Shown piece after piece: positions 10,310 to 21,132 of a DNA stretch of 64,000 bases. How positions within the stretch are numbered: the first letter of the stretch is position 1; each line of letters opens with the position of its first letter. Source of the stretch: a virus; the IMG/VR virus record IMGVR_UViG_3300042923_000619, positions 64,001-128,000 of that record; one strand, given 5' to 3'. The notes beneath the pieces are model-generated. The model was not told the DNA's origin and made no database searches. It worked only from the letters and a program-made list of their open reading frames with translations. The translations under genes were made by a program, and so were the position numbers.

Positions 10310-10525
10310 ATTAGATTTAATTAAACTTAGCTAAATTTAATATTATTTAATTTATTAATTTTATCATATAAAATATCACTTGCTTCAAAACTATATATTG
10401 TCTCATTATTTTCATTTTGAAATTTATAAAAATTTTGATTAGTTATATATTGAATTGCATAAGCAAATGTTTTAGATTTTGTTGTAAAATACTTATTATT
10501 CATAAAAACACCTCATATAATAGTA

Positions 10526-10556
10526 AAAATAGGAAGACTAAATGTCCTCCTATTTT
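10526..10556 (-). terminator. Intrinsic terminator after the major capsid gene
   Basis: AAAATAGGA...TCCTATTTT inverted repeat. Confidence 0.6.
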
Positions 10557-10562
10557 AATTTG

Positions 10563-11582
10563 TTATGCTAATTCAATATATCCAATAAGATCTGAATATG
10601 CAACAGCACTTCCAGCTCTAAATTGTAAAGTATATTCAGTAGTTCTGTCAGCATTTGTAGTTCCATCAGCTATTTCATTAACCTCAGTTTCTCCTTCAAG
10701 ACAAATCTTAACAAGTTTATCTCCACCTACTAAAGCATATAATTTATTATTATCCATAGTGAAATCAAATCCACCAATTTTATGACCTTGTGCGATTTCC
10801 ATACAAGGATATCCATTCCATACAGTTAAATAACCTTGTCTATTCTTTTCATCTGCCATATTATCAGACACTTGAATAGTAGATTTATTTTGTAATTTAG
10901 CTAAGCCTACTGAAGTTCCAACAATTGTTGGCTTTATAGTACTTGAAGCTTGTACATGTTGTAAAACTTCAAGGATTTTAGCTTCATTATAAGAACCTGT
11001 AGCTGTAAATTCTGCTGGTAAGTTATTTATAGCTGTTGCAAATGTTGTTTGTGCAATATCAGCTAATTTTCTTTCTACAGCATCAATTATGAAAGATACT
11101 AATTTAGCAAAATCTGCTCTACCAGACATTATTCTTTCAATTTCTTCATAAACTTTAATTCCAAAATTTCTCATTTCCAAACTAAAGCTTTGTCCAACAT
11201 CTACACGTCTTCTCTTTAAATCCCAATGTGAACCTGAGAATTCAGATACTTCTAATTGATTTTTTACATCAACATAGAATTCATTTTTATCTCCTAATGC
11301 TAGATTTTTAATTTCAACAAATTGATTAAAGAAAGTATTTCTTTGATATTCTCCATCAACCATTACTTGGTCAGCAATATCTTCTATAATAGAGAATACT
11401 TTTGCTTTATTTTCTCTAAAAGCTTTTCTAAAAGTGTTCTTTTCAAATGTTTCTAATCCAAGAACCCCTAAAAATTCTTTTCTGATAGCTTCCTCTCTTA
11501 CTGATTTATCCATTGTTGCATATTTTGTAGGGATACTTCCCTTATATGAATCATAAATTAATTGTGAAACTGTATTATTCAT
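10563..11582 (-). CDS. Major capsid protein (SPbeta YonB-like)
   Basis: 339 aa; follows scaffold and decoration genes; HK97-like pattern (F.E.KNLALGDKNEFY, G.K.YEE.ER). Confidence 0.8.
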   Translation of the reverse strand: MNNTVSQLIYDSYKGSIPTKYATMDKSVREEAIRKEFLGVLGLETFEKNTFRKAFRENKAKVFSIIEDIADQVMVDGEYQRNTFFNQFVEIKNLALGDKNEFYVDVKNQLEVSEFSGSHWDLKRRRVDVGQSFSLEMRNFGIKVYEEIERIMSGRADFAKLVSFIIDAVERKLADIAQTTFATAINNLPAEFTATGSYNEAKILEVLQHVQASSTIKPTIVGTSVGLAKLQNKSTIQVSDNMADEKNRQGYLTVWNGYPCMEIAQGHKIGGFDFTMDNNKLYALVGGDKLVKICLEGETEVNEIADGTTNADRTTEYTLQFRAGSAVAYSDLIGYIELA

Positions 11583-11610
11583 TTATATAATCCTCCTTCT
11601 ATCTAGTAAA

Positions 11611-12186
11611 TTAAGCAAATATTACTTCAACATCAATATTTTTATAAGCTTGTGGGAATAGTTGTCCATTTCCTGCTACAAATACTGGTGTATAAGCGTT
11701 TTCTACTTTTAATACTTTAAAATAAACTTTATTAGCTGTTGATACAGGTGCTGTTGCAGAATACTTTAATTGAGTCCCTGCGACTAAGTTTGCTTGTAAT
11801 GCAAACATATCTCCTACTGCTATTGCAGAACCTTTGCTTGCCATATCAAAATAATCTTCTGATAAAGTTATCACATCATATTGTTCTAATGGAAAAGTTC
11901 TTAATACCTTTCCTGTTCTATTTCTATAAATACCTAATGCAGAATCAGTTGTAACTTCTTGTCTATAATTTATTTCTGGATTATGTATTAATACTGGTAC
12001 TTGTGTTTTAATTAAGTCAGCAGTTGGAGTTAATAATTCTCTAACTTCCTCACTTACATAAGAACCCATAAATCCAAAAATACCATTAGGTAATTCTGTA
12101 TCTACTGATGGTTTTGTAGAATATAATCTTCCCCCTGCATTTGAATTTTTAATAAAAGTTGTATCACATCTGAAATAATTTGCCAT
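11611..12186 (-). CDS. Putative capsid decoration/cement protein
   Basis: 191 aa beta-rich protein between scaffold and capsid genes. Confidence 0.5.
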   Translation of the reverse strand: MANYFRCDTTFIKNSNAGGRLYSTKPSVDTELPNGIFGFMGSYVSEEVRELLTPTADLIKTQVPVLIHNPEINYRQEVTTDSALGIYRNRTGKVLRTFPLEQYDVITLSEDYFDMASKGSAIAVGDMFALQANLVAGTQLKYSATAPVSTANKVYFKVLKVENAYTPVFVAGNGQLFPQAYKNIDVEVIFA

Positions 12187-12217
12187 TGTTAAATTCCTCC
12201 TCTAATTATCTATTAAT

Positions 12218-13783
12218 TTATTTTGTATATTTTTCTAAAACATCCCAAGCTCCTGTATATCCACTATTATTTGATTTTCCTTCTATTGGTAGATTTACTG
12301 GTGATTGTTCGTTTGTTCTTGTAAACTTTTGTTTTTTGCCAACAACAATGTTGTTATCAAAAGCAAAAACTTTTAATTTTGTTTCTAATTCATCAAGAGT
12401 ATAATTAAATTTATCTTTAATTAATTCATCATAACCCTCAACTTTTTCTAATTCAGTAAATTTAGCTAATACTTCATTTACTTGTGCTTCTTTAAACTCT
12501 TGTTCTTTGTCTGCTTTAAATTGTCTTAAATCCTTAACTTCTTCATCTAAAGAAAATTTATCTGATTGTAAAGTTGTATAATCAGATTTTACTTTATCTA
12601 ATTCACCTTCAATAACTTTAAACTCTCCAACCTTTGTATTTAATTCAGTTTCTAAAGTTTTATATTCTTCTGTTTCTTTAGCATTGAAAGAATCCTTTGT
12701 TTTATTAATTTGTGTAGTAGCTTGTTCTACGATATCATTTGCAAACATTTCAATTGGATTTGATGGTTCAGATTGTCCATCTTCAAATGGTCTCCAATCA
12801 CCAACTACATATCTTTTAGCATTTTCATAATCTAATGTAACTTTATCACCACTCATAAAATATGGAACACCATAATTTTTATAGTCTTCTCTACTCCACA
12901 AAACAGCTATATTATCAGCTATTACAACATCTTCTAACCAATATTTTTGAGTTTCATAACTTTCACCATCCCAATATTGTTTAATTATTGTTTCTGTAGA
13001 TATAGATTCATTTATGAATTGGTTTAATTGATTTTGACTTAAAGCAAATAATTGTTTTTCTAATTCTTCATCTGAAAGTTCTGAATTATCAATTATTACT
13101 TTATATCCTTCTACTTTTTCATTTAAAGTAGAAAATTTTGAAATTATTTCTTCTCTTTTCACTTTCTTACCTCCTTCTGTAGATACATTACCTACTATTT
13201 CATTTGCTTTATTTATAATTGCACTGAATTTAGTTGCAAATGATTCACTATCTGTTTTACTAAATAACTCAATTGTTGCATTTTCACCCATTGCAGGTTG
13301 CCATGCATCACCCAAGATAGTAATACATAATAAATTAAATCTCTTTATGTGAAAGAAATTATCTTTACCCTTGAAACCTTCTAATACTTCTATTTCCATA
13401 GAAATCTTTTTACCATCTTTAAGTAATTGATAAGCTTCAGGGCAATATTCTTTGAATACTATTCCATCTGTTACTGCCCATTTTAATTCATCAATTTCTT
13501 CTATTGAGTAATTATTTGTTTCAGGTATTACTCCAACTGGCTTTTCTTCTTCATTATGTTCTTTAAAATCTTCAATTTCATTTTCATCATTATATTGATA
13601 AGCACAACATAATGGTTTATTTTTAAAAGACTCTTGACTATTTTCAAGACTTTCATCTTCAAAAAATGAACCATTTGGATTATAAGAATTATGAAATACA
13701 TTAATCCTTACTCTTGCTATATCATTATCTAATTCAGAAAATGTGTATTTTTCAATAGGGATTGAAATTACTGTCTTACTCAT
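12218..13783 (-). CDS. Prohead protease-scaffold fusion (YonD-like)
   Basis: N-terminal H(N)S.NPNG...KKISMEIE protease-like region; acidic coiled-coil C-terminus. Confidence 0.7.
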   Translation of the reverse strand: MSKTVISIPIEKYTFSELDNDIARVRINVFHNSYNPNGSFFEDESLENSQESFKNKPLCCAYQYNDENEIEDFKEHNEEEKPVGVIPETNNYSIEEIDELKWAVTDGIVFKEYCPEAYQLLKDGKKISMEIEVLEGFKGKDNFFHIKRFNLLCITILGDAWQPAMGENATIELFSKTDSESFATKFSAIINKANEIVGNVSTEGGKKVKREEIISKFSTLNEKVEGYKVIIDNSELSDEELEKQLFALSQNQLNQFINESISTETIIKQYWDGESYETQKYWLEDVVIADNIAVLWSREDYKNYGVPYFMSGDKVTLDYENAKRYVVGDWRPFEDGQSEPSNPIEMFANDIVEQATTQINKTKDSFNAKETEEYKTLETELNTKVGEFKVIEGELDKVKSDYTTLQSDKFSLDEEVKDLRQFKADKEQEFKEAQVNEVLAKFTELEKVEGYDELIKDKFNYTLDELETKLKVFAFDNNIVVGKKQKFTRTNEQSPVNLPIEGKSNNSGYTGAWDVLEKYTK

Positions 13784-13801
13784 TTATTTCACCTCCCTTC
13801 A

Positions 13802-13978
13802 TTAGCAATACATTTTATTACTAAATTCTAAATTATCATTAGTAAAATTTATTTTATTTCCATTATTCATGAATAAAAATGCTTTTTTACCTTTATAAGT
13901 TGTTTCATTCATAAAATCATATCCATTGTTAATTAATTTATCTTTTGTAATATCATCATAACAATATATAAAATTCAA
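13802..13978 (-). CDS. Small hypothetical protein (58 aa, TTG start; not in the ORF track)
   Basis: AGGTGA RBS; MNFIYCYDDITKDKLINNGYDF...; fills the portal-scaffold gap. Confidence 0.5.
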   Translation of the reverse strand: MNFIYCYDDITKDKLINNGYDFMNETTYKGKKAFLFMNNGNKINFTNDNLEFSNKMYC

Positions 13979-13991
13979 TTAATCACCTTCT

Positions 13992-15524
13992 TTATCGTTT
14001 ATTATTTGAATCATTATTATTAGTTTGGTCTCCGGAATTACTTAAACCATCAGTAGATTTTGGTTTACCAGCTTTCTTTGTCGTGTCCCCAGCAGTTGTA
14101 TTTGATGACATTAATGGTTTCCATTTAGTTGATACTTCAAATACAACTTCTTGCATATCAGCTAAATCATTTATATCACTGATTTCAAACCCTAATAGTA
14201 ATGGTAAAACAATTGCTACAGGTATGCTAAATTGTGCTTGTTGTATATAATATCCAATCATTTTTTCTAAATTGAACCAAGTTATATTTAACATTTCAAA
14301 CTTGAAGTTGTTTTTAAATTGTTGTTTGAATTTAAATCCCCAATACTTTTCCAGTTGTCTATATAGTGGAAATAGTATTTGCTCATCAACCCTAATAGAA
14401 TAATCTAATGTACCACTATTATTATTATCTACTCCAAAAATACTTTCAGCAAAACCTGTTGCATTCCAAACATTTTTTACTGCGTTTGCAACATTATCTA
14501 TTTTATTATCTCCTGATGTTGACGCTTTAACTGGAATAATATCTGTTGCTGTTGTAAAGTAACCCATATATGGTGGTAATGATACGTCTAACTGTTCAGT
14601 AGTAGCGTCTATCATGTCATTACTTATTGCATAAGCATCTTCATTCTCTGTTTTTGATAAAAATGGTATTTTTAATCCAATTAAAGTATAATTTTCAGCA
14701 GTAACTTTAGCTTTGTTTAAACTTTGAAATTCTTCTAAATCATACAATGCACTAAATATATTTACATAAGGTGGCACACTATAATTTAAATTGGTTAAAT
14801 CATATTTAATTGTTATGGTGTTTTCTACAGGTAAAGGTTGCCAATTTGTCCCTAAATGATTAAAAGGTTTAATATTTTTCTTATAATCATTAAATAATTT
14901 AGTAAATATTTTCGGATAAGAATTCTCTAAAACATACTCATTTCCATTAAAATATGAAAAATCAAATGCTATTCCTAAACCAATTTCACCTTCAGAAACT
15001 ATTTTACATAAAGAGGGTTCTAGTTTTTTAATATATGTAGAATACATTCCTTCCACTTCTATTCCATAGAAAATACCATATTTAAATACGTCTTTTAATA
15101 TCTTCATAGATGTACTTTTAACATCTAAAGTATCATAATAATCACACATTCTATCATAGTCAGATTTTATTTTCTTATCTTTTCCTCGATATTGTCTCAT
15201 ATTTTGTTTTACAAAAGGTGTAATCAAAGCCATATTAGGAATGTACTCAATCAATCTACAAAATTGAGGTGAAATAGTACATAAATAATCTATTACTTCC
15301 CTTAATTTATTTTCATAAGTAGAAGGTTTCTCTAAATACATTCTTATAGTATCTTTATCATATTTTTTCATCATTTTATTCTTTTGACTTGTTGTTACTA
15401 CACCATCTAAAGGAATATTTGTCATCGCTTTAGCATACTTCAAAATCTGATTTCTTTTTTCTTGTATTTCTTGTGCTTTTAATTTTACTTGATTTTCATT
15501 TATATCCACTTTTTCACCTCCCAT
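13992..15524 (-). CDS. Portal protein (YonE-like)
   Basis: 510 aa directly after the large terminase. Confidence 0.8.
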   Translation of the reverse strand: MGGEKVDINENQVKLKAQEIQEKRNQILKYAKAMTNIPLDGVVTTSQKNKMMKKYDKDTIRMYLEKPSTYENKLREVIDYLCTISPQFCRLIEYIPNMALITPFVKQNMRQYRGKDKKIKSDYDRMCDYYDTLDVKSTSMKILKDVFKYGIFYGIEVEGMYSTYIKKLEPSLCKIVSEGEIGLGIAFDFSYFNGNEYVLENSYPKIFTKLFNDYKKNIKPFNHLGTNWQPLPVENTITIKYDLTNLNYSVPPYVNIFSALYDLEEFQSLNKAKVTAENYTLIGLKIPFLSKTENEDAYAISNDMIDATTEQLDVSLPPYMGYFTTATDIIPVKASTSGDNKIDNVANAVKNVWNATGFAESIFGVDNNNSGTLDYSIRVDEQILFPLYRQLEKYWGFKFKQQFKNNFKFEMLNITWFNLEKMIGYYIQQAQFSIPVAIVLPLLLGFEISDINDLADMQEVVFEVSTKWKPLMSSNTTAGDTTKKAGKPKSTDGLSNSGDQTNNNDSNNKR

Positions 15525-15542
15525 TTATAAATTAATTTATTT

Positions 15543-17354
15543 TTAGTAATGCGTTTTAGGTTGTCTAAACTTACATGCCCTTCTTGGGTCAAAATTTGAT
15601 TTTTTATCTGGTCTTAATTTAGATTCTAATTCTTTAGCAATATAAACAGCATAACCTAAACTTGAATATCTATCTTTTCTTTTTGTAGATGGTTCTTTTA
15701 ATTTGATTAAATTGTTTTCAGTATCTACTTTTTCAAGATTTATCATTTCATTTATAAGAAAAGTAGTTTGAACATATGGTAATTGGAAATTAACTTGCTC
15801 TTCTTGAGGTAATTCATTATACCCCTTTATATTTGATAGTACTTCTTTGGCTTCATTTTCATTTACCAACATTCTTAATTTACCTCTTTTTAAATCATCT
15901 CTAACATAAATATGCATATCATTATTTAATCTTGCATCTGCTTTTATACTATAAATAACCTTTGGAGCATTTTCAACAAAGCATCTTTTTGCCATCTCTT
16001 CATCATTTGCACAACTTAAAGCTTCGTAATCACAATCAAGTTCTTTATCATATAAATTAGTTACTAAATTATCATATACTCCTAAACCGAAGGATTGGCA
16101 ATCTAGTACAATATAATCACAATTAAATTCTTCATATAATCTTCTTATTTTTATAGCTTGAATTTGAGAATGTCCTCCTTCATAACTTTCCATATAACAA
16201 ACATATTTATCATATGAATTTTTATTTTTACTTGGAATTAACCTTAATATAGTAAAAACTGAAGCATCATTATTATTTTTTGTTGAACTCATACCTGAAA
16301 TATCACAAGAAACTAATCGTATTTCCCCTTCTTCTTTTTCGGTAAATTTAAAATCTTTATTTCTTAATATATTATAAAATGATTTTGGATATACTGCTTT
16401 AGGCAATACTCTATTTTTTTCTAAATCAGCAAACTTAAAGAATGCTTTTTCAGATTCACCAAAGAACATTGCTTCCATTTCCATCATCCAAGAAATTTCG
16501 TTAAAATCACTTTCTGACATTTCATCTTCTACTTGCTCCCTCATTAATAGTCCTTCTTTTATAGCTAATTGATAAGGTAAACTACATACAAAATATGATT
16601 TACCATCTGTCATAGCATTAAAGAAAGAATTAACTTTATCCCAAGACCAATCATGTTTATACCAAGCCGAACTCAAATATAATTCTTTATTTCTTTCTTG
16701 CATATGTTTATATTCTGGTTTTTCTAAATATTTAGGTTGCCTAGGTGCAGTTAAAAACTTTCTAATAACACCATCTACAATAGCTTTATCAACCATACGA
16801 TATTCATCCACGACCGCAACATTTGCCCTCTTTGACCTTGCTCCTTGATTACTAGCAACAGCCCTTATCCATGACCCATTTTTGAAGGTTACACGAGCAT
16901 CATTAGTTCCAGTTTTTATTTCGTCTATTTCCCTTGCAAGATTTGGAGAATTATTTTTTAAGTCCAAAATTTTTTCTATGACTTCTATACTTTGAGATTT
17001 ATTACCTGCACAAAGTATTATTTTTGATTCTGGAAATAATATTGCTCTAACACAACAGAATATTCCTGTTAAAAATGACTTACCTTGTCCTCTCGAAGCT
17101 ATGTATAGGAAGTAGTTAAAGTGCATCATAAAATATATTAATATCATCTGAAATGGTTTTAGGGAAATTCCTAAATATTCCTTTACAAAAATATGTGGAA
17201 ACAATCTATACCAAGACGTCCATATTCCAATTCCATTCATTAATTTATCTGATTTTGATGTATTTTCCATATTTTTATTTAAATTTCTTTTTTGTTTAAA
17301 AATATCGTTTTTCTTTTGTTGGTTTAATTTATTAAAATTAGAATGTGAAGACAT
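15543..17354 (-). CDS. Terminase large subunit
   Basis: Walker A ASRGQGKS, Walker B VVDEYR, RNase H-like acidic motifs (SCDISG, VLDCQ, RKDRYS). Confidence 0.9.
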   Translation of the reverse strand: MSSHSNFNKLNQQKKNDIFKQKRNLNKNMENTSKSDKLMNGIGIWTSWYRLFPHIFVKEYLGISLKPFQMILIYFMMHFNYFLYIASRGQGKSFLTGIFCCVRAILFPESKIILCAGNKSQSIEVIEKILDLKNNSPNLAREIDEIKTGTNDARVTFKNGSWIRAVASNQGARSKRANVAVVDEYRMVDKAIVDGVIRKFLTAPRQPKYLEKPEYKHMQERNKELYLSSAWYKHDWSWDKVNSFFNAMTDGKSYFVCSLPYQLAIKEGLLMREQVEDEMSESDFNEISWMMEMEAMFFGESEKAFFKFADLEKNRVLPKAVYPKSFYNILRNKDFKFTEKEEGEIRLVSCDISGMSSTKNNNDASVFTILRLIPSKNKNSYDKYVCYMESYEGGHSQIQAIKIRRLYEEFNCDYIVLDCQSFGLGVYDNLVTNLYDKELDCDYEALSCANDEEMAKRCFVENAPKVIYSIKADARLNNDMHIYVRDDLKRGKLRMLVNENEAKEVLSNIKGYNELPQEEQVNFQLPYVQTTFLINEMINLEKVDTENNLIKLKEPSTKRKDRYSSLGYAVYIAKELESKLRPDKKSNFDPRRACKFRQPKTHY

Positions 17355-18253
17355 TACTCATCACACTCCTCATCTTCATCTACTTTAACTGTATATTTAT
17401 TTATTTCTTCATCATATTCTTCTTTAAACGGATTTGGTTTTCCCATCATTCTACATAAATTACCAAAGAACCAAACAACAACGTATTTCCTTATCCAATC
17501 TGCTGTCATCCATTCAGGTAATGGTTCTGGAATTGGTTTTTCATTTTCATATTTTTTTATTAATGTACCAAATGTAACTTGTTCAGAAGCCATTGAAGCA
17601 TTTTCTTGTGCTGGTTTTATATTTGCAGAACCTAGTAAATCTTGTAATGTTTTTACTTCTTTACTAACATCTTTTCCATCTTTACGTTTATTTCTAATGT
17701 CTAATGTCTGAAAAGCTATTTCTTTAAATAATATTTCTTGTGCATAAGAGTCACATTCATATCTAGCAGTAAGATTTTGAAATTCTTTTTCAAGGAAATT
17801 ATATTCACTTGTTGAAAATCCATCACCCCAAAAATCGACTATATCATGCCCTATATCTTCTGCAATTTCTTCGTCATTTTGTTTTTTATCAAATAATTCG
17901 CTATCTATAAAGGTTTTTCCACGATATTGAGGCAAAGAATTAACTTTTTGAAAATAAACAGCAAATGAATTACCATTATTCTTACTAGATTGTTCTACTG
18001 CACTATCGTATAAAGATTTTTCATAGTATACATCCAATAATTTACATAATTCATATAATCCACGAGTATCGCTATTAAATCTCTTTTTAAATTGTTCAGC
18101 TAATTCTATAACACAATCTTTACAAATGCACATTCTTGAATCGCCATTGTTCTTAAATAATTCACTATATGACTTATAGAAATTAGTGGCGTTTAATTTT
18201 TTTGTATTACCACATCTTGTACACTTTTGTTCTTCTGTTTTGCTTGTAGCCAC
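17354..18253 (-). CDS. Probable terminase small subunit (YonG position) with N-terminal Zn finger
   Basis: CxxC...CxCxxC; coupled to the large terminase. Confidence 0.55.
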   Translation of the reverse strand: MATSKTEEQKCTRCGNTKKLNATNFYKSYSELFKNNGDSRMCICKDCVIELAEQFKKRFNSDTRGLYELCKLLDVYYEKSLYDSAVEQSSKNNGNSFAVYFQKVNSLPQYRGKTFIDSELFDKKQNDEEIAEDIGHDIVDFWGDGFSTSEYNFLEKEFQNLTARYECDSYAQEILFKEIAFQTLDIRNKRKDGKDVSKEVKTLQDLLGSANIKPAQENASMASEQVTFGTLIKKYENEKPIPEPLPEWMTADWIRKYVVVWFFGNLCRMMGKPNPFKEEYDEEINKYTVKVDEDEECDE

Positions 18254-18332
18254 TATATTTCATCTCCTTTTCTTAAATTATTTTATTATTTCAAACTACT
18301 TATCTCTGATAAATAAGCACTATAAAAATAAT

Positions 18333-18366
18333 AAAAAGGCTGGATATATTTCAATCCAGCCTTTTT
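18333..18366. terminator. Strong bidirectional intrinsic terminator
   Basis: AAAAAGGCTGGAT-N8-ATCCAGCCTTTTT. Confidence 0.75.
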
Positions 18367-18394
18367 AAAAACCCAATAAAAACTAACTTTTATA

Positions 18395-18619
18395 TTAATT
18401 AATTTGTTTCTTTTGCTTCAAAGAATTAATTGCATCCATTGTTTCTTGAAGTTCTGATAGACTCTCGGTCAAAGCAAAATCATAACATTCACAAAACTTA
18501 TTTATTAATTTCTTTTTAAACAATTCATCACCTGTTATAGTCTCATTCTTAATATCAGCAAACAATTCTTCAACAAAAATCTGACCTATATTCTCATTAA
18601 CATTATCATATTTAGCCAT
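18395..18619 (-). CDS. Hypothetical protein
   Basis: 74 aa with AGGTG RBS. Confidence 0.55.
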   Translation of the reverse strand: MAKYDNVNENIGQIFVEELFADIKNETITGDELFKKKLINKFCECYDFALTESLSELQETMDAINSLKQKKQIN

Positions 18620-18630
18620 ATAATCACCTT

Positions 18631-19011
18631 CTAAACTTGATTTTGTTCTTGAATTGTTTGTTGAATCTTTGCAGTCTTTTCATTTGAAGTACAAGTCATC
18701 TGATTTATTTGTAGATTAAACTCTATATTTCTTTCATTTACGATAATATCAATTGCAGAACTAGAATCGATTCCTACACTTCTTAAGGCAGAATATTGTC
18801 CACATAAAAATGAAATAGAATCTATCCCAGCTTGAAATTCTTGTGAATTTAATTCCAATCCTTGAACTTCGTCCACATTAATTTCTACTTTAGGAGTTAC
18901 TTGTTCTATAATGTCATATACTTCATCTTGAGTAAAATATTCTTGTTCTTGAGACTCTACTTCTTCTATTTCATCAACTTGATTTAATTCTTCTTTACAC
19001 ATAATTATCAC
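18631..19011 (-). CDS. Acidic hypothetical protein
   Basis: 126 aa with RBS, in operon. Confidence 0.55.
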   Translation of the reverse strand: MIIMCKEELNQVDEIEEVESQEQEYFTQDEVYDIIEQVTPKVEINVDEVQGLELNSQEFQAGIDSISFLCGQYSALRSVGIDSSSAIDIIVNERNIEFNLQINQMTCTSNEKTAKIQQTIQEQNQV

Positions 19012-19020
19012 CTATATCCT

Positions 19021-19635
19021 TTATATTATTTCATCAGCCATTCCATATTTAATACAATCATCAGGAGATAAATACCAATCTACTCCTTTTGTTTTATCTA
19101 ATAATAAATCTAATGGTATTTTTGTTTTACTTGTAATTAAATTATTTAATAAATTTTGAAGTCTTTTATCTTCTTCATATCCAACTTCTAACTGGTCATA
19201 ATTACCAGTATTCCAATTAGATAATTTATGTATTAATAAAGTTCCATATCTGTATACTCTTCTATGTGTGCCAAACATAAATATAAGTTGTCCACAACTC
19301 ATCGCCTTTCCAGTTAAAGTTGTAATTATCTTATATCCATCTTCTATAAATTTTTCCATTTTACTAATCAAAGCCATACATTCATATAACTGCCCACCAT
19401 ATGAATTACAAACAATTTCAATAGGTTGTCTATTTTTCATTTCAATTCCTTGAGATTCATCAGTTTTTCTGATTTTATCCATATAATACATAATTTTAAA
19501 CATGGATACTTCATCAACACCCTCATTTAAGTGTAGCTTTCTATTTTTTAAAGCATCTTGTACAATCATTTCATTATAGATATTATCAATTGGTTGGTAT
19601 ATTTCTCCCATATCAATCACCACTTTAACCTTCAC
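19021..19635 (-). CDS. ClpP-like serine protease
   Basis: NSYGG, catalytic Ser in AMSCG, His in LLIHK, Asp in DWYLS, GMADEII C-terminus. Confidence 0.85.
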   Translation of the reverse strand: MKVKVVIDMGEIYQPIDNIYNEMIVQDALKNRKLHLNEGVDEVSMFKIMYYMDKIRKTDESQGIEMKNRQPIEIVCNSYGGQLYECMALISKMEKFIEDGYKIITTLTGKAMSCGQLIFMFGTHRRVYRYGTLLIHKLSNWNTGNYDQLEVGYEEDKRLQNLLNNLITSKTKIPLDLLLDKTKGVDWYLSPDDCIKYGMADEII

Positions 19636-19658
19636 TTTTTATTTTAATTTATTGATTT

Positions 19659-20930
19659 TTAATTTAACCAAAAATCTTCTTGTCCTGTCTTTCCTTTTCC
19701 TTCATTAAATACAAACATACTTGCCCCAGCTCTGCCTGATTTATGTAATGTCATTGAAAAATCATCAATACCACATATAGAAGAAACTCTTATACATTGT
19801 GCATCTCCTTGTTCACCAATACCTTCTGTTACTAATGATTGACTATGTAAATGCCCTCCATATATTAAATCAATAGGTTTTTTATAAATACTTCTAAACC
19901 ATCTAATTGATTCAACTAAATTTTTATCTTCACCATGATATCCAAATATATTTACTCCTAAAATGTTAGTATATATAAATGGTAAATTATCATTATGTAT
20001 ATTTATGTTTTTATTATCTTTAACTCTTAATTCTATAAAACTCATTATTAATTTATTTACATTTTCATGTGGAAAATCTCCCTTTTTACCTGTTAGTAAT
20101 CTTAATTCATCATGATTTCCCCAACATTGGTAGTAATCAATATTAATATATTTACTTAATTCATTTAACCAAGTAGCCATAAATTCACTAAATTCTAACA
20201 CTGAATCTACAACTCCAGTTTGTAAACTTCTTAATTGTGATACTCTCAAGATACCATCAATACAATCTGATAAATTGAATATATTTAAATGAGTTAAACT
20301 CTTTTCTTCAATCTTATCAACTACTTGACTTAGCAAATCCCACATTCTATCTTTAAATATTTCAGTATTATATTCACTAATTGTTTCTCCATCTAGTCCT
20401 CTTATTAAACATTCTCTTCCATAATGCATATCTGAAATAGTCAATAATGCATCCTTTTTTACTTTTTCTATTTTTATTAGTGTTGGAACTATAAATGGTT
20501 TCATTGATAATATTGTTGTTTCAACATTTTCCCACCATAATTCTTCTCTTGCTTGTTCTCTAACTAATTTTTGAAGTTCTATATTTACCGTTTGAACTTT
20601 CTTGCGTTCTTTTAATACCTCAATCTTTTTTAATTCTAGTTCATTCAACACTTTATTAATGTCTGCATTTACATTATTTAAAGCCATATTTTCTATTTTC
20701 TTTTGATAGTGTTTTGCCACTTTATATCCACCAAATTCAGAATCATTAGCTTTTCTTAGACTGTCTTTATTTCCTTCAAATCCTATGTACTCTTTTATGT
20801 CTGACCATTCTAAATCTTCAGGTCTTTCATTTTTTAATATTTCAACAAGTCTTACTTCATAGTCAATTAACTCTTCATCTTGTTTTCTTGTATACCTTTC
20901 ATTTATCATAATAATTTCTCCCTTTATCAT
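19659..20930 (-). CDS. yonJ: Calcineurin-like metallophosphoesterase (SPbeta YonJ-like)
   Basis: SDMHYG, SDCIDG, GNHD, YHG and GHLH metal motifs; synteny with yonK and terminase. Confidence 0.75.
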   Translation of the reverse strand: MIKGEIIMINERYTRKQDEELIDYEVRLVEILKNERPEDLEWSDIKEYIGFEGNKDSLRKANDSEFGGYKVAKHYQKKIENMALNNVNADINKVLNELELKKIEVLKERKKVQTVNIELQKLVREQAREELWWENVETTILSMKPFIVPTLIKIEKVKKDALLTISDMHYGRECLIRGLDGETISEYNTEIFKDRMWDLLSQVVDKIEEKSLTHLNIFNLSDCIDGILRVSQLRSLQTGVVDSVLEFSEFMATWLNELSKYINIDYYQCWGNHDELRLLTGKKGDFPHENVNKLIMSFIELRVKDNKNINIHNDNLPFIYTNILGVNIFGYHGEDKNLVESIRWFRSIYKKPIDLIYGGHLHSQSLVTEGIGEQGDAQCIRVSSICGIDDFSMTLHKSGRAGASMFVFNEGKGKTGQEDFWLN

Positions 20931-20931
20931 T

Positions 20932-21132
20932 TTATTTCTTTTTAACTTCTATACTGTTTCCACATTCTTGACAGTAGATATATAAAACGTCTTTTCTCAC
21001 AGGGTCTTTATCGTAATCTTCATTCTCAAGTGCCATTGTTAAATCATTTTTACAACCACAACTCTCACATGGTTTAAATTCATGTCTCTTTTTCATCTTC
21101 ATTGATTCTCTGCCATCATTTTTCATAACCAT
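20932..21132 (-). CDS. Small Zn-ribbon protein
   Basis: CESC...CQEC. Confidence 0.55.
   Translation of the reverse strand: MVMKNDGRESMKMKKRHEFKPCESCGCKNDLTMALENEDYDKDPVRKDVLYIYCQECGNSIEVKKK

Noticed and set aside
10388-10403. Single NrdR-like site AAACTATATATTGTCT
   Set aside because: No partner at 31-32 bp; a lone AT-rich match could be chance
10417-10785. Plus-strand 122-aa ORF
   Set aside because: Overlaps the capsid gene end and its terminator in antisense; no RBS
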